64,000 nt of DNA from Deltaproteobacteria bacterium (lineage in GTDB: Bacteria; Myxococcota_A; Polyangia; Polyangiales; Houyiibacteriaceae). The DNA lies in NCBI GenBank assembly GCA_034670305.1, contig JAXMNT010000009.1:1-64000 (forward strand), given 5' to 3'. Below are positions 36,860 through 45,505 of this stretch, in pieces; position 1 is the stretch's first letter, and each line of letters starts with the position of its first letter. Below the pieces are notes generated by a model. The model ran no database searches, was not told where the DNA came from, and saw nothing but the letters and a program-made list of their open reading frames with translations. The position numbers and the translations under genes were made by a program.

Positions 36860-38440
36860 GTGGTCCGTCGCCGTTCTTCGTTTCCGCCGCTCCGCGCGCC
36901 GGCGCCGCCGTCGCATGAAGCGCTCGCGGCGGAAGTCGATCAGTTCCAGGCGTTGCAACACACGCTGCTGGAGCGTTGGCAGCACCTGACCGACATCGAC
37001 GAGCAGCCGAAGGACGTGGTCATCATCCCGTCGCTCAGTCTCGACGGTCTCCCGATGGCCAACATCCCAGGGATCACCCACTACGAAGAGCGCATGTTGT
37101 TCACGCTCTCGCTCTTGCGGCATCCGAGGGCGCACCTGGTCTACGTGACGTCCCAGCCGCTGCACCCAGCAACGATCGACTACCACCTGTCGCTCCTGCA
37201 GGGGATCCCGACGGCCCACGCGCGCGAGCGGCTGACGTTGCTCGCGACCTACGATGGTTCGCCCCGCACGCTCACCGAGAAGATCCTCGAGCGCCCGCGC
37301 CTGCTCGAACGCATTCGCCGCGCCATCGATCCCGGCAACGCGCACATGACCTGTTTCACGGTGTCGCGCCTCGAGCGCACTCTGGCGGTGAAGCTCGGCA
37401 TTCCGCTCTACGGCATCGATCCTTCGATGCTCCGGCATGGCACCAAGAGCGGTTCCAGGCGCGTGTTCGCCCAGGCGGGGATCTCCTTTCCGCCCGGCGT
37501 GGAAGACGTGCACGACGAACAGGACGTCGTGCGCGCCGTCGGCGAACTCTGGGAGCGCGACCCGGCGCTGGAGCGCGTGGTCGTGAAACACGATCAGGGG
37601 TTCAGCGGCGAAGGCAACGCGGTGCTCGACTTGAGACCCCTGGCCGGCGTGAAACCGTCCGGCGCGGGTGGAACCTCAACGCGGCGCGCGCGCATCACCG
37701 ATGCCCTTCGCGACATGCGGATGACGGGCAGTTTTCCGACCTGGGCAGCGTTTGGCGGCGAGCTCGTGCGCATGGGCGGCGTGGTCGAAGCGTTCGTCGA
37801 GGGTGCGACCAAACGTTCGCCGAGCGGCCAGCTTCGCATCACGCCACTCGGTGAACTCGAATGTGTCTCGACCCACGACCAGCTGGTCGGTGGGCCGGAC
37901 AACCAGACGTACGAGGGGTGCCTCTTTCCGGCCGACGAGGCGTACCGGCTCGATGTGCAGGCGGACGCGCTGAAGGTCGGCTCGGTCCTCAAAGGGTACG
38001 GGGTGATCGGCCGCGCGGCGGTGGACTTCGTGGCGGTGCGCGGTGAGGACGGGACGTGGTCTCGTCAGGCCATCGAGATCAACCTGCGCATGAGCGGCAC
38101 CACCCACCCCCTCATGATCATGCAGATGCTCAACGGTGGATCCTACGACAGCGGGACGGGGCTCTACTTCACGGGGCGGGGCGAGGCGCGCTCCTACGTC
38201 GCGACCGACTCGCTCTATGCGCCGCAGTACCGCGGCCTGCTCGTCGAAGACCTGCTCGACATCGCCGCGGTGCACCAGCTCCACTACCGCGCGTGGACCG
38301 ACACGGGCGTCGTATTCCATCTGACCGGGGCGCTCAGCGAGTTCGGCAAACTTGGCGTGATGGCGATCGGCAAGACGGCCCGCGAAGCGAGCGCGCTCTT
38401 CGAGCAGACCAAAGCGTGTCTCGACACCGAGACCGCGTAG
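36860..38440 (+). CDS. PGM1-related ATP-grasp peptide ligase-like protein
   Basis: YEERMLF, GTKSGSRRVF, FSGEGNA, SPSGQ, STHDQ, YEGCLFPA, IEINLRMSGTTHP, GVVFHLTGALSEFGKLG match my recollection of the PGM1-like ATP-grasp family. Start approximate. Confidence 0.82.
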   Translation: MVRRRSSFPPLRAPAPPSHEALAAEVDQFQALQHTLLERWQHLTDIDEQPKDVVIIPSLSLDGLPMANIPGITHYEERMLFTLSLLRHPRAHLVYVTSQPLHPATIDYHLSLLQGIPTAHARERLTLLATYDGSPRTLTEKILERPRLLERIRRAIDPGNAHMTCFTVSRLERTLAVKLGIPLYGIDPSMLRHGTKSGSRRVFAQAGISFPPGVEDVHDEQDVVRAVGELWERDPALERVVVKHDQGFSGEGNAVLDLRPLAGVKPSGAGGTSTRRARITDALRDMRMTGSFPTWAAFGGELVRMGGVVEAFVEGATKRSPSGQLRITPLGELECVSTHDQLVGGPDNQTYEGCLFPADEAYRLDVQADALKVGSVLKGYGVIGRAAVDFVAVRGEDGTWSRQAIEINLRMSGTTHPLMIMQMLNGGSYDSGTGLYFTGRGEARSYVATDSLYAPQYRGLLVEDLLDIAAVHQLHYRAWTDTGVVFHLTGALSEFGKLGVMAIGKTAREASALFEQTKACLDTETA

Positions 38441-38447
38441 CTCGACC

Positions 38448-39005
38448 TTGGCCGGCATCGCGAACGTCATCGGGTTCGACGACGGTCCCTTCGACCGAGA
38501 GGGCACCGAGGTGCCGCTCCTCGGCGCGGTGTACGCGCGGGACCGACTCGACGGAGTGGTGACCGGGTCGTGTACGCGAGACGGCGACGACGGAACGCAC
38601 GCGGTGGCGGAGCTCATTCGGACGTCGCGTTTCGACGACCACGTTCAGTGCGTGATGATCCAGGGCATCACCGTCGGCGGGTTCAACGTGCTCGACGTCG
38701 CAGGTCTCGCCGCGACGCTGAACCGCCCGGTCGTCATCGTCGTGCGGAAGCAGCCGCGCTTCGAGCGGATCCGTCACGCGCTCCACAACGTGCCCGGCGG
38801 AGAAACCAAGTGGGCCCTCATCGAAGCGGCCGGGCCGCCCCAGGCGTGCGGCGACGTCTGGATCCAGACAGCCGGCATCGAGCTCGAGTGGGCGGTCGAG
38901 ACGGTGGCGTTGCACACGCGCTTCGGCGCGTTCCCCGAGCCGCTCCGGGTCGCCCACCTGCTCGCAGCGGCCTACGCCACCGGCCACAGCCACGGTTCGG
39001 CGTAG
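38448..39005 (+). CDS. DUF99 family protein (endonuclease V-like fold)
   Basis: VIGFDDGPF, DGDDGT, GITVGGFNVLD, PEPLRVAHL. Confidence 0.88.
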   Translation: MAGIANVIGFDDGPFDREGTEVPLLGAVYARDRLDGVVTGSCTRDGDDGTHAVAELIRTSRFDDHVQCVMIQGITVGGFNVLDVAGLAATLNRPVVIVVRKQPRFERIRHALHNVPGGETKWALIEAAGPPQACGDVWIQTAGIELEWAVETVALHTRFGAFPEPLRVAHLLAAAYATGHSHGSA

Positions 39006-39033
39006 CGACGAGCACAGTGCTCCGATCGACGCG

Positions 39034-40911
39034 TCAGCCGGCCGAGGACACCAAGGCACCAAGCGCTTGAGCGCTCACCTGGTCGCCATCGAGCCATGGG
39101 CAGACGAGGCCCCGCGCTCCGGCAGCCAGGGCCGCGCGCGCCAGCATCATGGCTTCTTGCGGCTCGCCAACCGAGAGGTCCACGAGCACGGGGGCCTGCG
39201 TGCGAGCGCACAGCGTTGGCAACGAAGCGAGATCCAGCGAGCGGCGGCCGAGGACGCGCACCCCGCCGTCGAGCAGAAGCACGCGTGCGTTGCCGCTGCG
39301 CCGAATGAGGTCGGCGGCTTCGAGCCACTCTTCGAGCGTCGCGGTGCTCGCTCGTGTCAGTGCGACTGCGCAATCGATGCGGCCGAGTTCCTCGAGGAGC
39401 GAACGCTGGGTGGCGTGGTGGGTGTCGACGACCAAGAGATCCGCGCGCAGCGCCCGGCTGGCGGCGTCGGCGGCGCGGTCGATGCCGACGGCCAACGGGA
39501 TGCCGGCTTCTCCCGCCGCGCGTGCCAGTCGGTCGAGCATCGACTCGGAGTCTCGGCGGTCGTCGAGGTCGAGGTGCGCGGCGTAGAACACTGCGGCCCC
39601 AGCGCCCTTGGCATCGCGTGCCGCCTGCGCGAGGTCCCCCGAGTCGCGCGGTCCGGCCATCAACGCGGGCGCACCGAATGCGAAAGCGCCGATGCGGATG
39701 CTCTCGCCTGTCGCAGCGGTGTGGACCGGCGCCGTCGGTTTCGGGGCGGACGCGCGTGGTTCGGCGGGGCGTGCTTCGTCGATCGTGCGCGCGGGGTAGC
39801 AGCCGAGCACCCGCAACCAGCTGGTCTCGCCGGTCAGCGCGTCGAGCGCGGACTTCGTCGCGTCGTCGTCCCGGTTGCCTTCGAAGTCGAGGTAGAAGTG
39901 GTACTCCCACGGCGTGTTCGGTCGCGGGCGCGACTCGAGCTTCGTCAGGTTCAGATCATGCGCCGCGAGGATCGCGATGCCGCGCGCGAGCGCACCTTTC
40001 TCATGTTTGGTCGCGAAGACCACCGAGGTCTTGCACGGGATCCGAGTGTCGAACGAACGCGGCTCCCGCGCCACGACCACCATGCGGGTGTAGTTCTCGC
40101 GCTGGTCTTGCACGCCGCGCCGGAGGACCGGCAGTCCGTGCAGGCGCGCGGCTTCTTCGCTGGCGATGGCGGCTTGGGAGAGGTCGCCGTCCGCTTTGAC
40201 TTTGGCGACCGCGAGCGCGGTGTCCTCGTAGGCGACTGCCTGCGCATCCAGTCCACGCAAGAGCTCCCGGCACTGGGCGAGCGCGACGGGGTGGGAGAAC
40301 ACCCGGCGGATGGAACTGAGCGGCACGTCCTCGAGCGCGATGAGGCAGTGCTCGACCCGCTGCGCTTCTTCGCCGACCAGGTGCAGGTCCATCTCGGCGA
40401 GCAGGTCGTAGCTCTCGTTGATCGAACCGGCAGTCGTGTTCTCAATCGGCAGGATCGCTTCGTCGATCGATTCGTCCCGCACCGCTTCGAGCATCGCGCG
40501 AAAACCGGAGTAGCCGATGAACTCGACCACGCCGCGCGCGGCGAAGTGGCGCTGCGCGCACAGGTGGGAGTACGCGCCTTCACCGCCCTGAAAGCCGACC
40601 CGCAGCCGCTCGGTGCCCGGTTCGCGTCCGCCGAGCAGCTCGTGCTGCACCCGGAGTGAGTGGTCGAGCACTTCGCGGAAGACCCGGGTGACGAAGAAGG
40701 GCTCGAGGCCGCGTTCGCGTCCGAGCGCGACGAGTTTGCCGAGCAGCGCCTCTTCGCGCGCGGCGTCGCGCACCACGCTTCCGCCCGACCGTTTGCGGCG
40801 GGCGACATCGGTGACGAGCTCGACCCGCTCGGCCAAGGCATCGATCAGGGTGCGGTCGACTCGGTCGAGCGCGGCGCGAACCTCGGCGAGGTCGTGTGTG
40901 GGCTTGCTCAC
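39034..40911 (-). CDS. pheA: Chorismate mutase / prephenate dehydratase (P-protein) fused to a degenerate DAH7P synthase-like barrel
   Basis: CM: LAEVRAALDRVD...RDAARE. PDT: FQGGEGAYS, PIENTTAGSI, SHPVALAQC, NYTR. ACT: NLTKLESRP. C-terminus ATLEEWLEAA...GN resembles type I-beta DAH7PS. Confidence 0.92.
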   Translation of the reverse strand: MSKPTHDLAEVRAALDRVDRTLIDALAERVELVTDVARRKRSGGSVVRDAAREEALLGKLVALGRERGLEPFFVTRVFREVLDHSLRVQHELLGGREPGTERLRVGFQGGEGAYSHLCAQRHFAARGVVEFIGYSGFRAMLEAVRDESIDEAILPIENTTAGSINESYDLLAEMDLHLVGEEAQRVEHCLIALEDVPLSSIRRVFSHPVALAQCRELLRGLDAQAVAYEDTALAVAKVKADGDLSQAAIASEEAARLHGLPVLRRGVQDQRENYTRMVVVAREPRSFDTRIPCKTSVVFATKHEKGALARGIAILAAHDLNLTKLESRPRPNTPWEYHFYLDFEGNRDDDATKSALDALTGETSWLRVLGCYPARTIDEARPAEPRASAPKPTAPVHTAATGESIRIGAFAFGAPALMAGPRDSGDLAQAARDAKGAGAAVFYAAHLDLDDRRDSESMLDRLARAAGEAGIPLAVGIDRAADAASRALRADLLVVDTHHATQRSLLEELGRIDCAVALTRASTATLEEWLEAADLIRRSGNARVLLLDGGVRVLGRRSLDLASLPTLCARTQAPVLVDLSVGEPQEAMMLARAALAAGARGLVCPWLDGDQVSAQALGALVSSAG

Positions 40912-41014
40912 ATCGCGGGTCTAGCACCGATCGCCGCCGGGGCACGACGCCGTCCAGGCGGGTGCGGTCGCACCGTCCTATCAGAAGCACCCGTGATTCG
41001 AGTATGTTGGCACC

Positions 41015-41869
41015 ATGAGCGACGTAGGAAAGATCACGGAGATCGAACCCGAAGATGGCCTCGGCTGGATCGAGATGCCCGACGGCGCCCGGGTGCGGTT
41101 CGGTGGGACCGCCTGCAAGGGGTTCGTGCCGACCATCGGCATGAGCGTCCAGGTGCTGGGCACCAAAGCCGGGTACGGCGGCACCGTCAAAGCCACGGAG
41201 CTCAAAGAGGTTCGGACCGGCGGTGCGCTTGGCATGCAACCGGTGAAGAAGGCCGGCGCGCCCCGGACGAGTTTGCACACCGTGCAATCGAGCGGCGTCC
41301 GGGCGGACGATGTGTTGCTGCAATTGCTCGGGCTCGCGGACGTGAGCGACCCGGTGCACGCGGATCTCAAGGCGCTCAACTTCTCCGTCGCGACGGGCGC
41401 GTCGATCGCGTGCAAGAACCCATGGTTCTTCCTCATCGCCGTCGATCCGCGCGGCACCGCCTACGGCCTCTACACCCACCCGATGGTCGCCGAACATCCG
41501 CAGGCGCCGTGGGTTGCGTGGGACAAGTCCACCGACCACGTCCGCTCGCTCGCGCCGCACACCAGCGCACTTCTTCAAGGGCTGCTCCTCGGCAGCTCCG
41601 ATGTGGTGCTCAGCGCACGCGCAAAGGAGACGTTCTTGAAGCTCGGCATGCCGGACGAACCCGGCGCCGCACTTCAGCCAGGACCCGCCGCGTGGCTTCC
41701 GCCCGAGGACGACACGCTGCGCCCGCTCGCCGAGTACCTGGGCGAGTCCGACGGAGCCGAGATGGAGCGTGGGCTGCTCGCCTACGCGTCGCGCAAAGCC
41801 AGCCAAGAAGCACAGGACGCGCTCCAGGGTCTGTACGACGCTTGGGAGTGGGTCCCGCCGAAGCGCTGA
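41015..41869 (+). CDS. Hypothetical protein with an N-terminal cold-shock-like OB-fold segment
   Basis: GKITEIEPEDGLGWIEMPDGARVRF...GMSVQV resembles a cold-shock domain pattern; strong coding bias. Confidence 0.7.
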   Translation: MSDVGKITEIEPEDGLGWIEMPDGARVRFGGTACKGFVPTIGMSVQVLGTKAGYGGTVKATELKEVRTGGALGMQPVKKAGAPRTSLHTVQSSGVRADDVLLQLLGLADVSDPVHADLKALNFSVATGASIACKNPWFFLIAVDPRGTAYGLYTHPMVAEHPQAPWVAWDKSTDHVRSLAPHTSALLQGLLLGSSDVVLSARAKETFLKLGMPDEPGAALQPGPAAWLPPEDDTLRPLAEYLGESDGAEMERGLLAYASRKASQEAQDALQGLYDAWEWVPPKR

Positions 41870-41885
41870 GCGGCTGCGCCGCAGA

Positions 41886-41990
41886 GCTGTAGTCGCTGTC
41901 ATTGTCACTGCCACTGTCACTGCCACTGCCGCTGTCGCTGCCACTGCCGCTGCCGCTGCCACTGCCGCTGTTGCCACCACTGCCACTGCC
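41886..41990. repeat. Hexamer tract (GCCACT/GCCGCT/GTCACT)n
   Basis: About 17 units starting just after stop 41869. Confidence 0.92.
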
Positions 41991-42184
41991 GGAGCGTGAC
42001 CGCCCAATCCAGGCCCGCCGAACGGTCGCGTCGAGCGCGCGGTTCGACCCCGGCTGCACGACGTCCCAGTGCGAGGACGTCACGGTCGTCAGCGTAGGGC
42101 CGTACGCGCAAGCCTCTGCGATCCGGGCGGCACGGACGCGGACAGCGCGCTTCACCCACCGTCGCCACCGGGGTAGGGTCGCGC

Positions 42185-43264
42185 ATGACCTGGCAGCACT
42201 GGCGCATTCTCTCCCCCTTCATTCTCTGTCTTTCGCTGGTCGCTTGCGGCGACGACGACAGCGGCGCAGCCGACGCTGGGATGGCCGACGCGTTGGTCGC
42301 GGATGCGCCCGGGGTGGATGCACCGACGGCCGATGGAGGCGTCGATGCGGGGGGCGGTCTGTGTCCTGGCGACTGCGACCCGCTGGCGGGTTGTACGGAG
42401 ATGGGGGGCGCTGCGGTGTGTGGCGACTGTCCCACGGGGTACGAGGACACGGCAGGCGACGGCACGGACTGCGCGGACATCGACGAGTGCGCGGACGACC
42501 CCTGCACCGACCGCCAGGACTGCACCAACACCGCGGGCAGTTTCGAGTGTGCGTGCGCGGCGCCCTTCGTGGCCGTCGGCGCGGACTGCGTGGAACCGAT
42601 CGCCGACGTGGTGATCGTGGCACCGAGCGACATCACGACGACCAGCACCGGCGCGTTCTGCCTCGAGGCGGCGTGCACCGGCGACCGCGTGATCCTCTCC
42701 GGCGGACACTTCGCCGCGCTCGGAGACGTCACCTCCAGCCAGCGAATGGACGGCTCGACTTGGGAGGCTTGTTTCCGCGGCGAGGTCGCCGGCATCAACT
42801 ACGGCGTCGACGCGGTGTGCGGCCAGGCGCCCGGCGGCGTGACCCCGGTCGACCGCGGCGGCTCGGTCTCGACGGGCGAGACCTGCCTTCGCGTCGTCTG
42901 TGAAGAGGGTCTTTCCGCAGTCGGAGGGGGCGGCCGCTGGCCCGCGCACGCCAACTTGGTTTCCAGTCGCCAGACCATGGAGGGGCGGGCGTGGAACCTC
43001 TGCGTGCAGTCCTCCACCGGCGGCGGGATCATGAACGTGAGCGCACAGTGCGTTGCGGTCGGCACCCAGGTGCGCTCGGCCACCGGCTCGTCGAGCGCGC
43101 TCACCGCGACATGCGAAGCGGGCGAGACCCGAGTGGGCGGCGGCGGCAGCGCGGACTTCATGGCCGCGACCGTGCCGACGGCGGACAATGGGTGGGAGAT
43201 CCAGGCGACCCTGGGAGACGCGCGCGCAACCCGCGCCGAAGCCATCTGCGTCGGACCGTTCTGA
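42185..43264 (+). CDS. Lipoprotein with EGF-like and calcium-binding EGF domains plus three Cys/Gly repeats
   Basis: Lipobox LVAC-GDDD; CGDCPTGY..GDG; DIDEC...CTNTAGSFECAC (cbEGF consensus); three C..G....GG(G)...W...A.C units. Confidence 0.85.
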   Translation: MTWQHWRILSPFILCLSLVACGDDDSGAADAGMADALVADAPGVDAPTADGGVDAGGGLCPGDCDPLAGCTEMGGAAVCGDCPTGYEDTAGDGTDCADIDECADDPCTDRQDCTNTAGSFECACAAPFVAVGADCVEPIADVVIVAPSDITTTSTGAFCLEAACTGDRVILSGGHFAALGDVTSSQRMDGSTWEACFRGEVAGINYGVDAVCGQAPGGVTPVDRGGSVSTGETCLRVVCEEGLSAVGGGGRWPAHANLVSSRQTMEGRAWNLCVQSSTGGGIMNVSAQCVAVGTQVRSATGSSSALTATCEAGETRVGGGGSADFMAATVPTADNGWEIQATLGDARATRAEAICVGPF

Positions 43265-43319
43265 CTCGGGGCGCGGCACAGTCGGGGTGATCGGGCGTTC
43301 TTGAGACCCGTCCGCGACT

Positions 43320-43566
43320 GCTTCCGTTTCCGCTTCCGCGACCGCTTCCGACGCCGAGGCCGAAGCCGAAGCCGATGCCGAGTCCGAAGCCGAGTCCGAA
43401 GCCGATGCCGAAGCCGATGCCGAAGCTGACGCCGAAGCCGAAGCCGAGGCCGAAGCCGAAGCCGAAGCCGATGCCGCCGAAGCCGAGTCCGAAGCCGATG
43501 CCGAAGCCGAAGCCGACGCCGACGCCGATGCCGATGCCGATGCCGATGCCGTTTCCGCTGCCGCTA
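43320..43566. repeat. Hexamer tract (GCCGAA/GCCGAT)n preceded by TTCCGC-type units
   Basis: About 40 units between convergent stops at 43264 and 43578. Confidence 0.95.
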
Positions 43567-43577
43567 CGCCAGGCGCG

Positions 43578-44531
43578 CTATCTGGTGCGGTACCACTCCA
43601 GCGTTTTCAGTAGGCCGTCTTCGAGGTCGATCTTGGGGCGGTAGCCGAGGAGGTCTTCCGCTTTCTTGATGTCGGGGATGCGGAGTTCGACGTCGGGGAA
43701 GTCCCATTTCACGAAGTCGATCGTGGACTTGCTCTCTGCGAGGCGGACGATCATGCGGGCGAGCTGGTAGATGGTGACCGTGCTGCGGGGGTTGCCGATG
43801 TTGAAGGTCTCGCCGATCGATTTGTCGTTCTCGAGCACCTGCACGATGCCGTCGACGATGTCGTCGATGTAGCACCACGAGCGGATCTGGTCGCCGGCGT
43901 TGTGGATGTGGATCGGCTCGTCGGCGAGGGCGCGGACCACGAACGCGTGCACGGCCCCTTCGCCCACCTGGCCGGGGCCGTAGATGTTGAACGGGCGGAT
44001 TGCGCAGGTCGGGAGGCCGTACTGCTTGAAGTAGTTGTGGGCGAGGTGCTCGGTGGCGAGTTTGCTGACCGCGTAGGTCCAGCGGGCTTCGCCCACGGCG
44101 CCGAGGCTGGTCACGTCCGCTTCGCGCACCCGGAACGCGTACGAGCCGAAGACTTCGCTGGTCGAGAAGTCGATGAGTCGCTCGATGCCGCCGGCTTCTT
44201 TCGCGGCGCGCAAGACGTTGGTGGTGCCCTCGAGGCTGACCTCCATGGTGAGCACCGGGTTCTTCAACACCGTGTCGACGCCGGCGATCGAAGCCATGTG
44301 CACGACGAACTGCGCGCCCTTCACGGCCTTGCGCACCGCTTCCGCATCGCGCACGTCCCCGACGATCACTTCGATGTTCTCGTGGGTGTCCAGACCCGCG
44401 GCGCCGAGGGCGTTGCGGCGCAAGGTGTCGAGTACGCGGATCTTGTTCTTGTCCGCGAGCCGCCGACACAGCGCGGTTCCGATGAACCCGGCGCCCCCGG
44501 TGATGCACAACGTCTTGCCTTCAATCGCCAT
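43578..44531 (-). CDS. NAD-dependent epimerase/dehydratase (extended SDR)
   Basis: [42 protein letters not shown]. Confidence 0.95.
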   Translation of the reverse strand: MAIEGKTLCITGGAGFIGTALCRRLADKNKIRVLDTLRRNALGAAGLDTHENIEVIVGDVRDAEAVRKAVKGAQFVVHMASIAGVDTVLKNPVLTMEVSLEGTTNVLRAAKEAGGIERLIDFSTSEVFGSYAFRVREADVTSLGAVGEARWTYAVSKLATEHLAHNYFKQYGLPTCAIRPFNIYGPGQVGEGAVHAFVVRALADEPIHIHNAGDQIRSWCYIDDIVDGIVQVLENDKSIGETFNIGNPRSTVTIYQLARMIVRLAESKSTIDFVKWDFPDVELRIPDIKKAEDLLGYRPKIDLEDGLLKTLEWYRTR

Positions 44532-44729
44532 CGAAATCTGCCTTCTTCTGGACCCGGTGGGCCCGGATCCCTCGTGAACGCACGGGTCCCAGAGGAAACC
44601 GTGGGTGCTGTATCGGAAGCCACGGGCGTTCCGCCGGATTGCGCTTCCCCAAGTGTGGACGCTCGTTTACATCGAATGCGAGAAATGAAACGATGAAATC
44701 GCGCCCCACGTTCGGGGCAGAGGAGCGAC

Positions 44730-45392
44730 ATGGGCATCTTCAGCCGACTGAACACGGTCATCAAGTCCAACCTCAACGCCTTGGTCGACAAGGCGGAGGA
44801 TCCCGAGAAGCTGATCGGGCAGACCATCATCGACATGAAATCCGAGATGAAGAAGGCCAAGCGCGAGCTGGTCTCCACCCTCGGGTCCGCCAAACGTCTC
44901 GACAAGGAGGCGGACGAACTCGAAGACGAGGTCGCCAAGTGGGAGAAGAAGGCGATCCTCGCCCTCAAGACCGGCGACGACGAGTTGGCGCGGGCGGCGC
45001 TCAAGCAGAAAGCGCGCGCGAGCAAGAAGTCGAAGGAAGTGCGGGCCCGCGCTGCGGCGACGGCGCGCACGGTCGACGAGATGAAAGAGACGCTCGAGAA
45101 CGTCGAGAAAAAGGTCGAAGACCTCGAGGCCCGCAAGAGCAGCCTCGCCTCCGCGGTGCGCAAGTCCCGCGAGGTGCCAGGTGAGGGCGGCAAGTTCGGC
45201 TCTGAGACGTTCGACGAGCTCGAGCGCATGGCGGGCCGCATCGACCAGATGGATGCCGAGGTCGAGGCGCACGACATCCTCGACGACGGAGCCGCCGAGC
45301 TGGATGCCAAGTTCCGAAAGTTGAAGAAGGAACACGGCGAAGACGCGGTCGACGACGAGCTCGCAGCGCTGAAGGCGCAGCTCGACGACTGA
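44730..45392 (+). CDS. pspA: PspA/IM30 family protein
   Basis: GAGGAG RBS; MGIFSRL...KSNLNALVDKAEDPEK; WEKKAILAL..GDDELARAAL; VDDELAALKAQL. Confidence 0.95.
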   Translation: MGIFSRLNTVIKSNLNALVDKAEDPEKLIGQTIIDMKSEMKKAKRELVSTLGSAKRLDKEADELEDEVAKWEKKAILALKTGDDELARAALKQKARASKKSKEVRARAAATARTVDEMKETLENVEKKVEDLEARKSSLASAVRKSREVPGEGGKFGSETFDELERMAGRIDQMDAEVEAHDILDDGAAELDAKFRKLKKEHGEDAVDDELAALKAQLDD

Positions 45393-45505
45393 TCATGCCG
45401 GTCGCGCAGTGTTCGGAGTGGGGTGCTCGTCGCGGCGTCGCGGTGTGGACCGAGCGCCCTCTTCGCGTGGGTCTGTCGTGACCCGCGTCGGTCCACGCGT
45501 CTGAG

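Noticed and set aside
36860-38440. Pheganomycin-like RiPP/NRPS biosynthetic cluster
   Set aside because: No precursor peptide, NRPS, radical SAM, amidinotransferase or transporter nearby.
44532-44729. Sigma-54 promoter upstream of pspA, as in enterobacteria
   Set aside because: No TGGCAC-N5-TTGC match found; only an AT-richer patch with TGAAA repeats, too weak to call.
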